A stretch of 64,000 nucleotides of DNA, taken from an uncultured delta proteobacterium. Lineage in GTDB: Bacteria; Desulfobacterota; RBG-13-43-22. The stretch is taken from positions 15,177-79,176 of the forward strand of contig CAVUPH010000037.1 of assembly GCA_963743305.1 (NCBI GenBank), written 5' to 3'. Positions 40,716 through 49,656 of the stretch are shown piece after piece (positions within the stretch are counted from its first letter, which is position 1; the number at the start of each line of letters is the position of its first letter). Both the position numbers and the translations under genes were made by a program. Under the pieces are notes generated by a model. That model did no database searches. It saw only the letters and a list, made by a program, of their open reading frames with translations, and had not been told where the DNA came from.

Positions 40716-41756
40716 TTACCAAGGAAACTTAAAAAGCCAATTTTTCACCCGGAACCAATGACCGACAACGATAGCCGCCGTTTGACTCAAAATAATAAAA
40801 GCGAAAACCAGGTTAAGGATCAGCCTTTCCTTAACAAACCATTTGCCGCCCGGTAGTATTGAGCGATCGAGTACCGGGCAGAGGACTAAGAACAGGCCGA
40901 TAAATAAAGGCACCACAATGCCGCCGACCAAGGCCGAATGACTTACCATTTCCTGGATACCCACCAGATACCAGGGTGCTTTGGCCGGGTTGGGCGGATG
41001 CAGAGGATCGGCCCTTCCCGACAGCGGAGCTTCGATGAAAAGCGCTAGGACGAGCAGAAGGGAAAGGGTCAGGAGGCCGACAGCCAATTCCGCTTTAAAG
41101 AGTATCGGCGAAGAGGCAATTTTCTCAGAATCCGGACCCTCGAAGGTAGCCAGCCCCCCGGCTTTCCGGATACGCCAAAGATGCAGCGCAACCAGGAACA
41201 CCCACAGGGAGGGCAGGAAGGCCACGTGCAGAGCAAAGGACCGGATTAGGGTATCGGGGCCTATTTCCTGACCACCCAGGAGAAACCTGCGGATGGAGGG
41301 GCCGGCGAAAGGGAAGTACGAGGCCAGATTAGAACCTACTTTGATTGCCCAAAAAGACGTCTGGTCCCAAGGAAGGAGGTACCCCGTATAATTGCTCGCC
41401 AAAGTCAGTGTCAAGAGGCCCAGCCCGTAGACCCAATTCAGATAACGCCCCTGATAGCTTCCGGTGAAATAAACCCTGGTCAGGTGCAGGAAACCCGCGA
41501 TCAACAGAACATTGGCAGCCAAGTAATGGAGGTTTCGCACCAACCCGCCATATCGCAGTGTAGTCATGATATGAATTATCCGGTCATAAGCCACCTCCTC
41601 GTAAGGAACGTAATAGAGCAGGAGTGTCACCCCGGTCAAAACAAGTAAAATAAGACAGGATAGGCAGATGACGCCCAGACCGAGGGTTGTGAGTGGTTGC
41701 AGGGTCTTCACCTGGATTAGCGGTGGATGGAGGTGTTTCAGAAAATTTATTTTCAT
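40716..41756 (-). CDS. Cytochrome b (b/b6 plus subunit IV-like region) of a Rieske/cytochrome b complex
   Basis: Four heme His (RNLH, FLH, ALHV, ALHL), TGYLLPWDQ, and APWY at the PEWY position. Confidence 0.92.
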   Translation of the reverse strand: MKINFLKHLHPPLIQVKTLQPLTTLGLGVICLSCLILLVLTGVTLLLYYVPYEEVAYDRIIHIMTTLRYGGLVRNLHYLAANVLLIAGFLHLTRVYFTGSYQGRYLNWVYGLGLLTLTLASNYTGYLLPWDQTSFWAIKVGSNLASYFPFAGPSIRRFLLGGQEIGPDTLIRSFALHVAFLPSLWVFLVALHLWRIRKAGGLATFEGPDSEKIASSPILFKAELAVGLLTLSLLLVLALFIEAPLSGRADPLHPPNPAKAPWYLVGIQEMVSHSALVGGIVVPLFIGLFLVLCPVLDRSILPGGKWFVKERLILNLVFAFIILSQTAAIVVGHWFRVKNWLFKFPW

Positions 41757-41771
41757 GCTTTACTTCAGGTC

Positions 41772-42252
41772 CTATCCCTTACGATCAGGGACTGGTTCTC
41801 TTAGCGCCAACCAGCTCGGCTTCGTCAATTTTTCTCCGATATGCACCCATAGTCTGCCACCTCGCTCCATTACTTCGTGCCAAGGAAGCGGATCAGTGGC
41901 CGGACCTGAATAGACTTGGCCCAGCGGGACCGAATTCGCTGCCATGGCAGGGACAAAAAAAACCCTGGTCGACCACATTGAGAAGACAGCCCAAATGGGT
42001 GCATTCCAAGCTGATGGCCCCGATCCTCCGGGAAGACCGGATGACGACTATCTTGTGCTCGGGGAAAGGGGTCAGTGTACCGGGTGCAAACCGGTCCAGG
42101 GAAGAAATTTGGACCCAACTACCGGAAGAAAACCGGGAGGCTGCCGTCCAGACGTTGCCGAAGATCCAGGCAAAGGCCGTTCCTACAGCCCCCAAGCCGC
42201 CAATCACCAGCCATCTGAATAGAAATTCCCGCCGGCTAACGCGTTTCGTCAT
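41772..42252 (-). CDS. Rieske 2Fe-2S protein, Tat-exported (frameshift near 41927)
   Basis: SRREFL Tat motif, CTHLGC and CPCHGS boxes; the next frame gives GQVYSGPATDPL. Confidence 0.92.
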
Positions 42253-43897
42253 CGGCTCCTCGCTCTCCGGAAAATTTTCGGACCAGACCAACCAGGCCCC
42301 AGATTGATTCCGGTCGGAGATTGTCGGCAAAGGGCCGCATGGCGGTCCCTGGAATCCCGTAAGTTATGGCGGTTGCAATTCGTTCATCGGGGAAAGACCT
42401 GAAGTAGGGAACATTGGTGAGGTCTCTCGGTCTGGGCAGATATTTCAGGTAGGCGGGTCCCTTTCCCTTCCCTTGATAACCGTGGCAGAGGGAGCATTTT
42501 TTCCTAAAGGTGGAGAGGGTCTCTTCAGAAGACGGTAAGGTCCTAGGTCTGGGCGGAGGAGTATTCATCATCTTAACCGTCCTTTCTGTTTTGATGAATA
42601 CCTGAAAGAGAAGGTCTACCAGGGAATTGATGGTTTCTTGCCCCAACAACTCCCCATAGGGCGGCATCGAGGTGCCTGGAATCCCCTTGGTTAGGCTTCC
42701 CGTGATTCTTGAATCGGGGATAGCCTTGAAAAACAACGCGTTGTGACGGAAGGCCCGGGGAAAGGTCGCCACGTTCGGCTCGATGATCCCAAACCCATCG
42801 CCCTGGGCGGCGTGGCACCGTTGGCAGAGCATCATGTACGCATTTCTGGGAGTCCCCTGGTGAAAGTGGGCCCTTTGCTTCTGTTGAAGGAGGGAAAGAA
42901 GTCCGTCTTCTTCTCCCGTGCCCATGGGGATTCTCGGCATAATGGCGCCAGGGATTTCGATTCCCGGCCGATGCAGGAAATTCCTGATATAATCCCTTGG
43001 CCTCATAAAGGCCATATAAGAAAGGTCCGGTCCAATCTGGCCGTCGGATTCCCCGAACTTGTGGCAGGCCAGACATTTCTTTTCCTTGAGCAGCTCCATT
43101 CCCATTGGGACCCGTTGGGTGAGCCCTATTCTCTCCAGCCGTTCCTGCTCCCGTTCCCTTGATAGGCGGATCATCGGCGTTTCATAGTACGGCTCTTTCA
43201 CCCGACTCTTCAGAAAATAGGAGAGGGCGTTCACTTCTTCAGGAGAAAGTCCGAATTTCGGCATGATCGAGTTCTCAAGGATTGTCCTGGGATTCCCGAT
43301 AGCCATTTTAATTTGTTTCAACCCCAGGTACGAGCCGACCTCGCTTAGATCCGGGCCATAGCTGGAACCTTTCTCCCCGCTTCTCGTGTGGCAGGTATCA
43401 CAGGCGGTTTCGGAAAACAACCGGCTCCCTTGCCAGGCTTTTTCCGCTCCCCGGAGTGGTTTCAATTCATGGCATTGGTAACAACTGGCCTGCAGGTCTT
43501 CCCCGGCCAGGACCTTTCGCGCTTCATTCCCTGTTCGGCCATGGGATATCTTGAGATCGGCAGCCATTCCTTCACCTAAATGGCAGGCCGTGCATCCCAG
43601 GTCAGACATGGAATGGGGAGCGATGTTCGGATGGTCGCGCCCGGGCAGAGAATGATCGATCCGCACGGCGGCCCTCCCCTCGGGGTGACACGTCCGGCAG
43701 TGTTCTTGTTTCGGTGTTCCGCCAAGGTTGACGGTTATGTTGGCGATGTGGTGGGAGCCAGTCCTTCCATAGCGATAGTAACGACCCGACTGCTCTTCCC
43801 ACCCCTGATAGCTCCAAAAAACGAGCAGACCCAGGGTTAGAACCAAGGCGGTCAGGAGAAAGACATCGATCAACAACGCTACACGTCTCTTTGGCAT
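42236..43897 (-). CDS. Membrane-anchored multiheme cytochrome c (7 CxxCH)
   Basis: CRTCH, CTACH, CYQCH, CDTCH, CLACH, CQRCH, CSLCH; N-terminal TM helix. Confidence 0.93.
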   Translation of the reverse strand: MPKRRVALLIDVFLLTALVLTLGLLVFWSYQGWEEQSGRYYRYGRTGSHHIANITVNLGGTPKQEHCRTCHPEGRAAVRIDHSLPGRDHPNIAPHSMSDLGCTACHLGEGMAADLKISHGRTGNEARKVLAGEDLQASCYQCHELKPLRGAEKAWQGSRLFSETACDTCHTRSGEKGSSYGPDLSEVGSYLGLKQIKMAIGNPRTILENSIMPKFGLSPEEVNALSYFLKSRVKEPYYETPMIRLSREREQERLERIGLTQRVPMGMELLKEKKCLACHKFGESDGQIGPDLSYMAFMRPRDYIRNFLHRPGIEIPGAIMPRIPMGTGEEDGLLSLLQQKQRAHFHQGTPRNAYMMLCQRCHAAQGDGFGIIEPNVATFPRAFRHNALFFKAIPDSRITGSLTKGIPGTSMPPYGELLGQETINSLVDLLFQVFIKTERTVKMMNTPPPRPRTLPSSEETLSTFRKKCSLCHGYQGKGKGPAYLKYLPRPRDLTNVPYFRSFPDERIATAITYGIPGTAMRPFADNLRPESIWGLVGLVRKFSGERGADDETR

Positions 43898-43961
43898 CTG
43901 TCTCAGTTGATCCGAGAGGGTACGCTCAATGATCGCTCAGAAACATAACCCTTCGCTCTTC

Positions 43962-44375
43962 CTATTTCCGCTCGGTCGGATAGTTTGCCTGATCCCACTC
44001 ATTCCACCCGCCTTTGAGGACGGATACCTTCTTAAATCCCCGCTTGATAAGTTCCTGTGCCACCCGGGCACTGGTCGCCTCATCTTGTCAGGCTCAGTAA
44101 AGGACAATGGTTTTTGCCTTGGAATACTTTTTGGCCCAGGATTTCACAGCGCCAGGATCTTCCCGAACCGCCCCTTTGATTTGCTTCAAACTCATTTTCC
44201 GGTCCCATAAAGTCCGGACATCAATAACCACCACCTCCGGTTTCCCCAGCATGGCTTTGAGTTCCTCTTTGCTGATTCGGGGAATCTCCGAGGAAATGGC
44301 CGTAAATACCCAGATCCCCAAGAGTATAAAGACCATTGCCATACCGGCTATTGCTTTCCTTACCATTTTTTCCAC
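43962..44375 (-). CDS. Exported rhodanese-domain selenoprotein with two selenocysteines (active site Y-U-A-U); alternative ATG at 44366
   Basis: After TIVLY: TGA(44094-44096) GCC TGA(44088-44090), then in-frame QDEATSARVAQELIKRGFKKVSVLKGGWNEWDQANYPTERK and TAG, which completes the rhodanese fold. Confidence 0.85.
44057..44071 (-). promoter_or_regulatory. Putative bacterial SECIS hairpin
   Basis: Minus strand GTGCC-CGGGT-GGCAC, starting 16 nt after the second UGA and 22 nt after the first; G at the second loop position. Confidence 0.6.
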
Positions 44376-44572
44376 ACTCCTTTCTTGATCGCATAGGGAC
44401 CCTCCGGCAACTTGAGCATTAAGTGCCTGGGTTCCTTCTAATAATATTGCTTCCTTGATCCCTTCCTTATATATTTTAAGATTATATTAGTATTAAGACA
44501 AGTCCCTAAATGGCCGGAATCCATCCTCCCCTGGTCCCTATCAAAATGCATTCTCCATTTTTTGGTATATCC

Positions 44573-45100
44573 TTAGCGTACGGGCCCAACCTTTGTTGGC
44601 TTGGCTCTTTTTTTCCGCTTGGGAGGGAGGCTCACTTCCTGCGATAAAATAAGACGCGGGAGAGTTCCATCGACGCCCAGAATCGAAACCAAACGTTTGA
44701 GTCCTCTATTAATTTCTTTCAGGCCGCTTAGCGGTGTTTTCTCCAACCCAACTACCAGTAAGCCTTGGGCCACTTCCGGAGCGGCTGCGACCAGATCTTT
44801 TCCTTTGGGGGTCAATTCTACCCAGACAATTCGGCGGTCTTCCTTGGACCGGGTCTTTTCTATCAGACCATGAGACTCGAGCCGGGTGAGGATTCCGACT
44901 ACGGTTGCCGGGTGAAGGTACATCCGGCGGGCTAATTCGGAAACCATCACCGGAGCGGCTTCGGCCAGGACCTTAATGGCCCAGAGCTGGGGACTGGTAA
45001 GACCGGTAGTATGCTCGACCTTTTTGGAATATTCATGAATGACCTGAAAGACTCTTCTTAAATTATCAATGGTATCAGCTATTAATTTTGATTGGTCCAT
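44573..45100 (-). CDS. MarR family transcriptional regulator
   Basis: GLTSPQLWAI, ELARRMYLHPATVVGILTRLE, EDRR...LTPKG. Confidence 0.92.
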   Translation of the reverse strand: MDQSKLIADTIDNLRRVFQVIHEYSKKVEHTTGLTSPQLWAIKVLAEAAPVMVSELARRMYLHPATVVGILTRLESHGLIEKTRSKEDRRIVWVELTPKGKDLVAAAPEVAQGLLVVGLEKTPLSGLKEINRGLKRLVSILGVDGTLPRLILSQEVSLPPKRKKRAKPTKVGPVR

Positions 45101-45126
45101 TTTTTCATCTTAAGAAGTAAAAAAAA

Positions 45127-45176
45127 TTGACATTTTTAAATAGGTTCATAATAATTAATTTGTGTACCAATAAATT
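45127..45176 (+). promoter_or_regulatory. Putative sigma70 promoter with adjacent imperfect palindrome (possible MarR operator)
   Basis: TTGACA-N17-AATAAT (45127-45155) followed by aatttgtgtaccaataaatt in the marR/CLC divergent gap. Confidence 0.45.
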
Positions 45177-45316
45177 GAATAAAAATCAACCCTTTCTTTC
45201 ATTCCACCCGGATATATCGGATAAAAGGGCCTAATATTATTATTTAAAAATATTGCGCTTCTTTATCGAGAAGGTATCCGGGTGTTCCGGTATTTAGGGA
45301 AAGCACCATTCCCAAG

Positions 45317-46708
45317 ATGACATTAGATATTAAAAGAAATCACGACCGGATTAAGATAAAAATAACCGAAGAATCGGTTATTTTTATCAGTATATTGAAA
45401 TGGTTTATCCTGTCCACGGCCATCGGGGCGATCGTTGGTCTTGCCACCGCCTTCTTTTTAAAGGTCTTGGAATGGACAACCATTTGGACCCATACCTTGC
45501 CTTATTATTTTCTTTTCCTGCCGATCGCCTTTTTTTTAAGTGCCTTAATGATTAAATATCTGGCTCCGGGGGCCGAGGGGCACGGGACCGAAAAGGTTAT
45601 CGAAGCCGTTCATAAACAATCCGGAAGAATTAAACCGATGGTCGTTCCCATAAAACTGTTGGCCACGGTCATCACCATAGCCTTCGGGGGATCGGCTGGA
45701 AAAGAAGGCCCTTGTGCGCAGATAGGCGCGGGCCTGGCCTCTATCTTTGCCTCTCTGTTTCGTTTTGATGATTTTGACCGGAAAAAGCTGGTCATCTGCG
45801 GGATCAGCGCCGGTTTCGCCAGTGTCTTCGGGACCCCTATAGCTGGGGCCATTTTCGGGGTTGAGGTACTTATGGTAGGTAGTGTCCTTTATGAAGTTCT
45901 CTTCCCTTGTTTTATAGCCGGCGTCACCTCATATCAGGTTTCATCGGCCATCGGGATTACCTACTATTATCATCCCATGCATTTGATCTCGGTTTTTAAG
46001 GAATTATTTTTCATCAAGGTTGCCTTGGCCGGTATTTTTTTCGGGATCGTTTCCTTTCTTTTAGTTGAATTACTGAAGTTGGGTAAAAAAATGGCGGATC
46101 GCCTGCCGATCTGGCCTCCTCTTAAGGGGATAATTGGGGGTCTTCTTTTGGTCGGTCTGACCTTGGCAATTTCAGACCACTATTTGGGGCTGGGATTGTC
46201 CACCATTGAGGCCTCCCTTCAAGGCCTCAAGATGGTCTGGTCTGCCTTCCTCTTGAAAATTATTTTTACCAGTTTAACCCTTAATTTTGGAGGTAGCGGA
46301 GGAATCGTTACTCCCATCTTTTTCATTGGGGTGACCTCCGGAAGTTTTTTTGCCCAAATCTGGGGCTTGGATATAGCCACTTTTTCAGCCATCGGGATGG
46401 TGGCTCTGTTAGCCGGGGCGGCCAATACACCTATCGCCGCCAGCATCATGGCCGTGGAACTTTTTGGTCCCCAAATCGCCCCCTATGCGTCCGTGGCCTG
46501 CGTCATCAGCTACCTGATGACCGGACACCGCAGCGTTTATCCCTCTCAAATTTTGTCGGTTACCAAATCACCTTCTTTTGAGTTAGAGATCGGCGACGAT
46601 ATAGATAGCACCCATGTCCACTATAAACCAAGAAAGAAAAGCCTGATCGGGGCTTGTCTGCTGGTCTTTGAATCCCTAAAAAGCGGCATAAAGCGGAAAA
46701 AGCGATAG
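45317..46708 (+). CDS. CLC family chloride/anion channel-transporter
   Basis: GGSAGKEGPCAQIG, FGTPIAGAIF, GGIVTPIF, AANTPIAA. Confidence 0.92.
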   Translation: MTLDIKRNHDRIKIKITEESVIFISILKWFILSTAIGAIVGLATAFFLKVLEWTTIWTHTLPYYFLFLPIAFFLSALMIKYLAPGAEGHGTEKVIEAVHKQSGRIKPMVVPIKLLATVITIAFGGSAGKEGPCAQIGAGLASIFASLFRFDDFDRKKLVICGISAGFASVFGTPIAGAIFGVEVLMVGSVLYEVLFPCFIAGVTSYQVSSAIGITYYYHPMHLISVFKELFFIKVALAGIFFGIVSFLLVELLKLGKKMADRLPIWPPLKGIIGGLLLVGLTLAISDHYLGLGLSTIEASLQGLKMVWSAFLLKIIFTSLTLNFGGSGGIVTPIFFIGVTSGSFFAQIWGLDIATFSAIGMVALLAGAANTPIAASIMAVELFGPQIAPYASVACVISYLMTGHRSVYPSQILSVTKSPSFELEIGDDIDSTHVHYKPRKKSLIGACLLVFESLKSGIKRKKR

Positions 46709-46745
46709 CACCGGGAAATTTTAATCAAGTGAAAGGAAACAGGTT

Positions 46746-46916
46746 ATGAAGTCTTTGGAGGTGGTCTTCAAGATTTTTCTCTGTATGTTTACGGTATTTT
46801 TATTCAAAAGAGTTGCCCTGGCCGGTTATGGAGATTTTGGGGGTTGGGGAATGGTACCGGGAATGATGCTTCCCGGCTGGGGAGGACGGAAAGGCTATGG
46901 GTGTGGACGCAACTGA
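46746..46916 (+). CDS. Small Gly-rich putative secreted peptide or gene remnant (56 aa)
   Basis: MKSLEVVFKIFLCMFTVFLFKRVALAGYGDFGGWGMVPGMM...; signal-peptide-like ALA. Confidence 0.35.
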   Translation: MKSLEVVFKIFLCMFTVFLFKRVALAGYGDFGGWGMVPGMMLPGWGGRKGYGCGRN

Positions 46917-46981
46917 TCAAGTTCCTGGAACCTAACAAGAGCTATATCTTTCAGTCCAGAAAAGAATGAAGAAAAAGAGCA

Positions 46982-47995
46982 GTGGGAAGAAAAGGGAAAA
47001 CCTTTAAGATAAGCCTGGTGCTTGGGGTGATCCTTATCATCAGTCTGCTCCATTACCTAACTCAACGACAGGAAAGATATTATCATCTCTTTTATCGAGA
47101 ACTCTATTTCCTTCCCGTGATCCTGGCCGGAATTTGGTTCGGTCTGCGAGGTTCAGTCCTTACTTCGTTGTGCATAACTGCATTATATCTCCCGGTAGTA
47201 TTCAATGAATGGCAGGGGTTTTCAGTAAACGATTTCAGTCGAATATTGGAAATTCTTCTTTTAAATATTATTTCCATTATTTTAGGATTTCTTTCGGACA
47301 GGGAGAAGACAGTTCTGAAAACCTTGCAGGAGGCTGAAACTCTGGCGGCCCTGGGAGGCGCCATTTCCAGTATCGTCCATGACATGAAAATACCGCTGGT
47401 AGCCATCGGGGGCTATGCCCGATCCATGAAGCGGAAACTTAAGGAAGAGGACCCCAATCATGAAAAATTGGATACCATTGTCAAGGAGACCCACAGGCTG
47501 GAAGAGTTGACCCAAGACATATTGGCTTATGCCCGGCCGATTCCTTCGAATCAAGGTCCCGGTGATTTAAATAAAATGGTCATAGAATGTTGCCGGATCG
47601 CCAATGAAATGGCCGAACAAAGAGGGGTGAACATAGAAATTCATCCGTCTCCATCGCTTCCAACCATAAATTTTGACCCGGCAGCCATGGAAAGGGCTTT
47701 CTTAAACCTGATTAGTAATGCCGTCCAAGCCTCTCCCGAAGGGGGGGTGGTGATGGTCGGGACTATTATGGAAGGGAGAGAGGCAGTCATCACCATAGCC
47801 GATGACGGTCCGGGAATCCCTCTTGAGATCAGGGAAGAAATATTTTCTCCTTTCTTTACCACTAAAAAGGAGGGAACGGGCCTGGGCCTACCCATTGTTT
47901 TGAAGATCGTCAAAGCCCACAGTGGAAGAATTACGTTAACTGGCAACGGTGAAAAAGGGATGGTATTTAAGGTTTCCTTACCTGCGGGGAAATAA
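46982..47995 (+). CDS. Membrane sensor histidine kinase
   Basis: H-box VHDMKIPL, N-box NLISNAVQA, G1 DDGPGI, F/G2 FSPFFTTKKEGTGLGL. Confidence 0.93.
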   Translation: MGRKGKTFKISLVLGVILIISLLHYLTQRQERYYHLFYRELYFLPVILAGIWFGLRGSVLTSLCITALYLPVVFNEWQGFSVNDFSRILEILLLNIISIILGFLSDREKTVLKTLQEAETLAALGGAISSIVHDMKIPLVAIGGYARSMKRKLKEEDPNHEKLDTIVKETHRLEELTQDILAYARPIPSNQGPGDLNKMVIECCRIANEMAEQRGVNIEIHPSPSLPTINFDPAAMERAFLNLISNAVQASPEGGVVMVGTIMEGREAVITIADDGPGIPLEIREEIFSPFFTTKKEGTGLGLPIVLKIVKAHSGRITLTGNGEKGMVFKVSLPAGK

Positions 47996-48006
47996 AATAA
48001 CGGTTG

Positions 48007-48315
48007 TTCGCCCTTTTCGGTGGGTGGCCACAATATATGGTCTATTAGTCTGAAATCGGATCTCCGTGGCCTCCGGGTCTCGGCGAAAGGGTTTTCCCTA
48101 TTGCTTTTTAGGTTCTAACCCGGCCCCCAGGTTTCCAAATTTTCCAGGAGGCAGGGCCGGCCTCGGAGGTGTCAACAGACTCTGAGTGTGGGCCTGCTTT
48201 AAATAAAATTAGTAACTTAGGCCCGGATTCGAAGTCCGGAGCACCTGTGGAAAGCCCTTTCGCCGAGACCCGGAGGCCATACCAGATATAAGGGGTACCC
48301 ACCCAAAAGGGCGAA
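48007..48315. mobile_element. Element B: about 310 bp MITE-like nested inverted repeat
   Basis: 48067-48097 vs 48249-48279 is a 30/31 inverted match; 48007-48029 vs 48294-48315 is a second outer inverted repeat. Confidence 0.75.
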
Positions 48316-48649
48316 GCGTCAAAATAACTTTTGACCATGCGCTGCCGGAGTTACTACGGATGGGGTGGAATGGAGGCTCATTCCCCGGAAAAGGGAGAAC
48401 AATTTCAAGCCGGCTAAAGAACGACCGACTTTGCCCCCAAAAAGGGAAAATGAATCTCAATTTACATGTCTTTTTGTGAAAAAATACAGTGAATTCGTTA
48501 TTTATCTTTGGTCCATTTTCAACAAGAATATGCTTATGAAAGCATGAAGATCATGGTTTTTTTTCAAAAGACTTTAAGCTGTTATGATCAAATCCTATTC
48601 CACTGAATATTTTATGAACTTTTTACAGGGCGATCAGAAAGAAAATGTC

Positions 48650-48928
48650 ATGCCGACGACCTTAAAATCCAAGAGTATAGATGAATTACTGGCGGAGGCC
48701 GATGAACTTGTCCAGAAATATAATTCCGAATTCCTCGAAGACCTGAAAGGGGAGCTTCGCCTCCAGTTTGAAAAACATGCTCAAAAATTGCAGGAAATCA
48801 AGTCTGAAATTCAGGCCAAGACCGAGGAGAAAGGAACAGTAGAATCTTTTTCCACGGCCGAGGGAATGCACCAGGCCGTCCTGGATATTGTCAAGGCCAT
48901 GAAGGACCCGGCCGGATATTTTTCCTGA
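48650..48928 (+). CDS. Hypothetical coiled-coil protein (ORF could extend to ATG 48584)
   Basis: Charged helical sequence at the head of the co-oriented carbohydrate cluster. Confidence 0.65.
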   Translation: MPTTLKSKSIDELLAEADELVQKYNSEFLEDLKGELRLQFEKHAQKLQEIKSEIQAKTEEKGTVESFSTAEGMHQAVLDIVKAMKDPAGYFS

Positions 48929-48948
48929 TTTTCGTCAGAATCGATCGG

Positions 48949-49656
48949 ATGACCTCAGCCGACGAAGTTGTATTCTTGTTTGACGTGGATAACACCCTGC
49001 TCGACAACGACTGCGTGCAGGATGATCTCAGGAGCCATCTTGAGCGCGGGTTCGGGGTTGAGATCCGAGATCGGTACTGGGCCATATTGGAAGCGTTACG
49101 CTCCGAACTTGGCTACACGGACTACCTGGGCGCTTTACAGCGCTATCGGCTCGAGGACCTGGGCGATCCGCGGCTGCTGCGGATGTCTTCATTCCTCGTT
49201 GATTATCCGTTTGCCGACCGGCTCTATCCGGGGGCACTCGATGCGCTTAAATACGCTCGCATCTGGGGAAAGACGGTCATTCTGTCCGATGGAGACGTGG
49301 TCTTTCAGCCTCGCAAAGTGGAGAGATCGGGCCTCTGGGCTGCGGTCGAAGGCCGCGTGCTCATCTACATTCACAAAGAGCAGATGCTGGCTGACGTGGA
49401 GCGGCACTACCCGGCCGGGCACTATGTGATGATAGACGACAAGCTGCGTATCCTCACGGTGATGAAAAAGATCTGGAGGGATAAGCTCACCACGGTATTT
49501 CCGCGCCAGGGACATTACGCGCTTGATTCCAAAACCATCGCCTCCTATCCGACGGCTGACCTCACCATCGAGCGTATCGGCGATCTGCTCAACTATGATT
49601 TACCCGCCTTACTCGGCGACACAGAAGCCGACAGCGCACACCAGGAGGTACCATGA
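48949..49656 (+). CDS. HAD-superfamily hydrolase
   Basis: FDVDNTL motif I, LSDG motif II, IDDK motif IV. Confidence 0.9.
   Translation: MTSADEVVFLFDVDNTLLDNDCVQDDLRSHLERGFGVEIRDRYWAILEALRSELGYTDYLGALQRYRLEDLGDPRLLRMSSFLVDYPFADRLYPGALDALKYARIWGKTVILSDGDVVFQPRKVERSGLWAAVEGRVLIYIHKEQMLADVERHYPAGHYVMIDDKLRILTVMKKIWRDKLTTVFPRQGHYALDSKTIASYPTADLTIERIGDLLNYDLPALLGDTEADSAHQEVP

Noticed and set aside
44094-44375. 93-aa truncated rhodanese or pseudogene as given by the ORF track
   Set aside because: The stop is a UGA at the catalytic Cys position, and the frame continues with an intact rhodanese C-terminus and a SECIS-like hairpin
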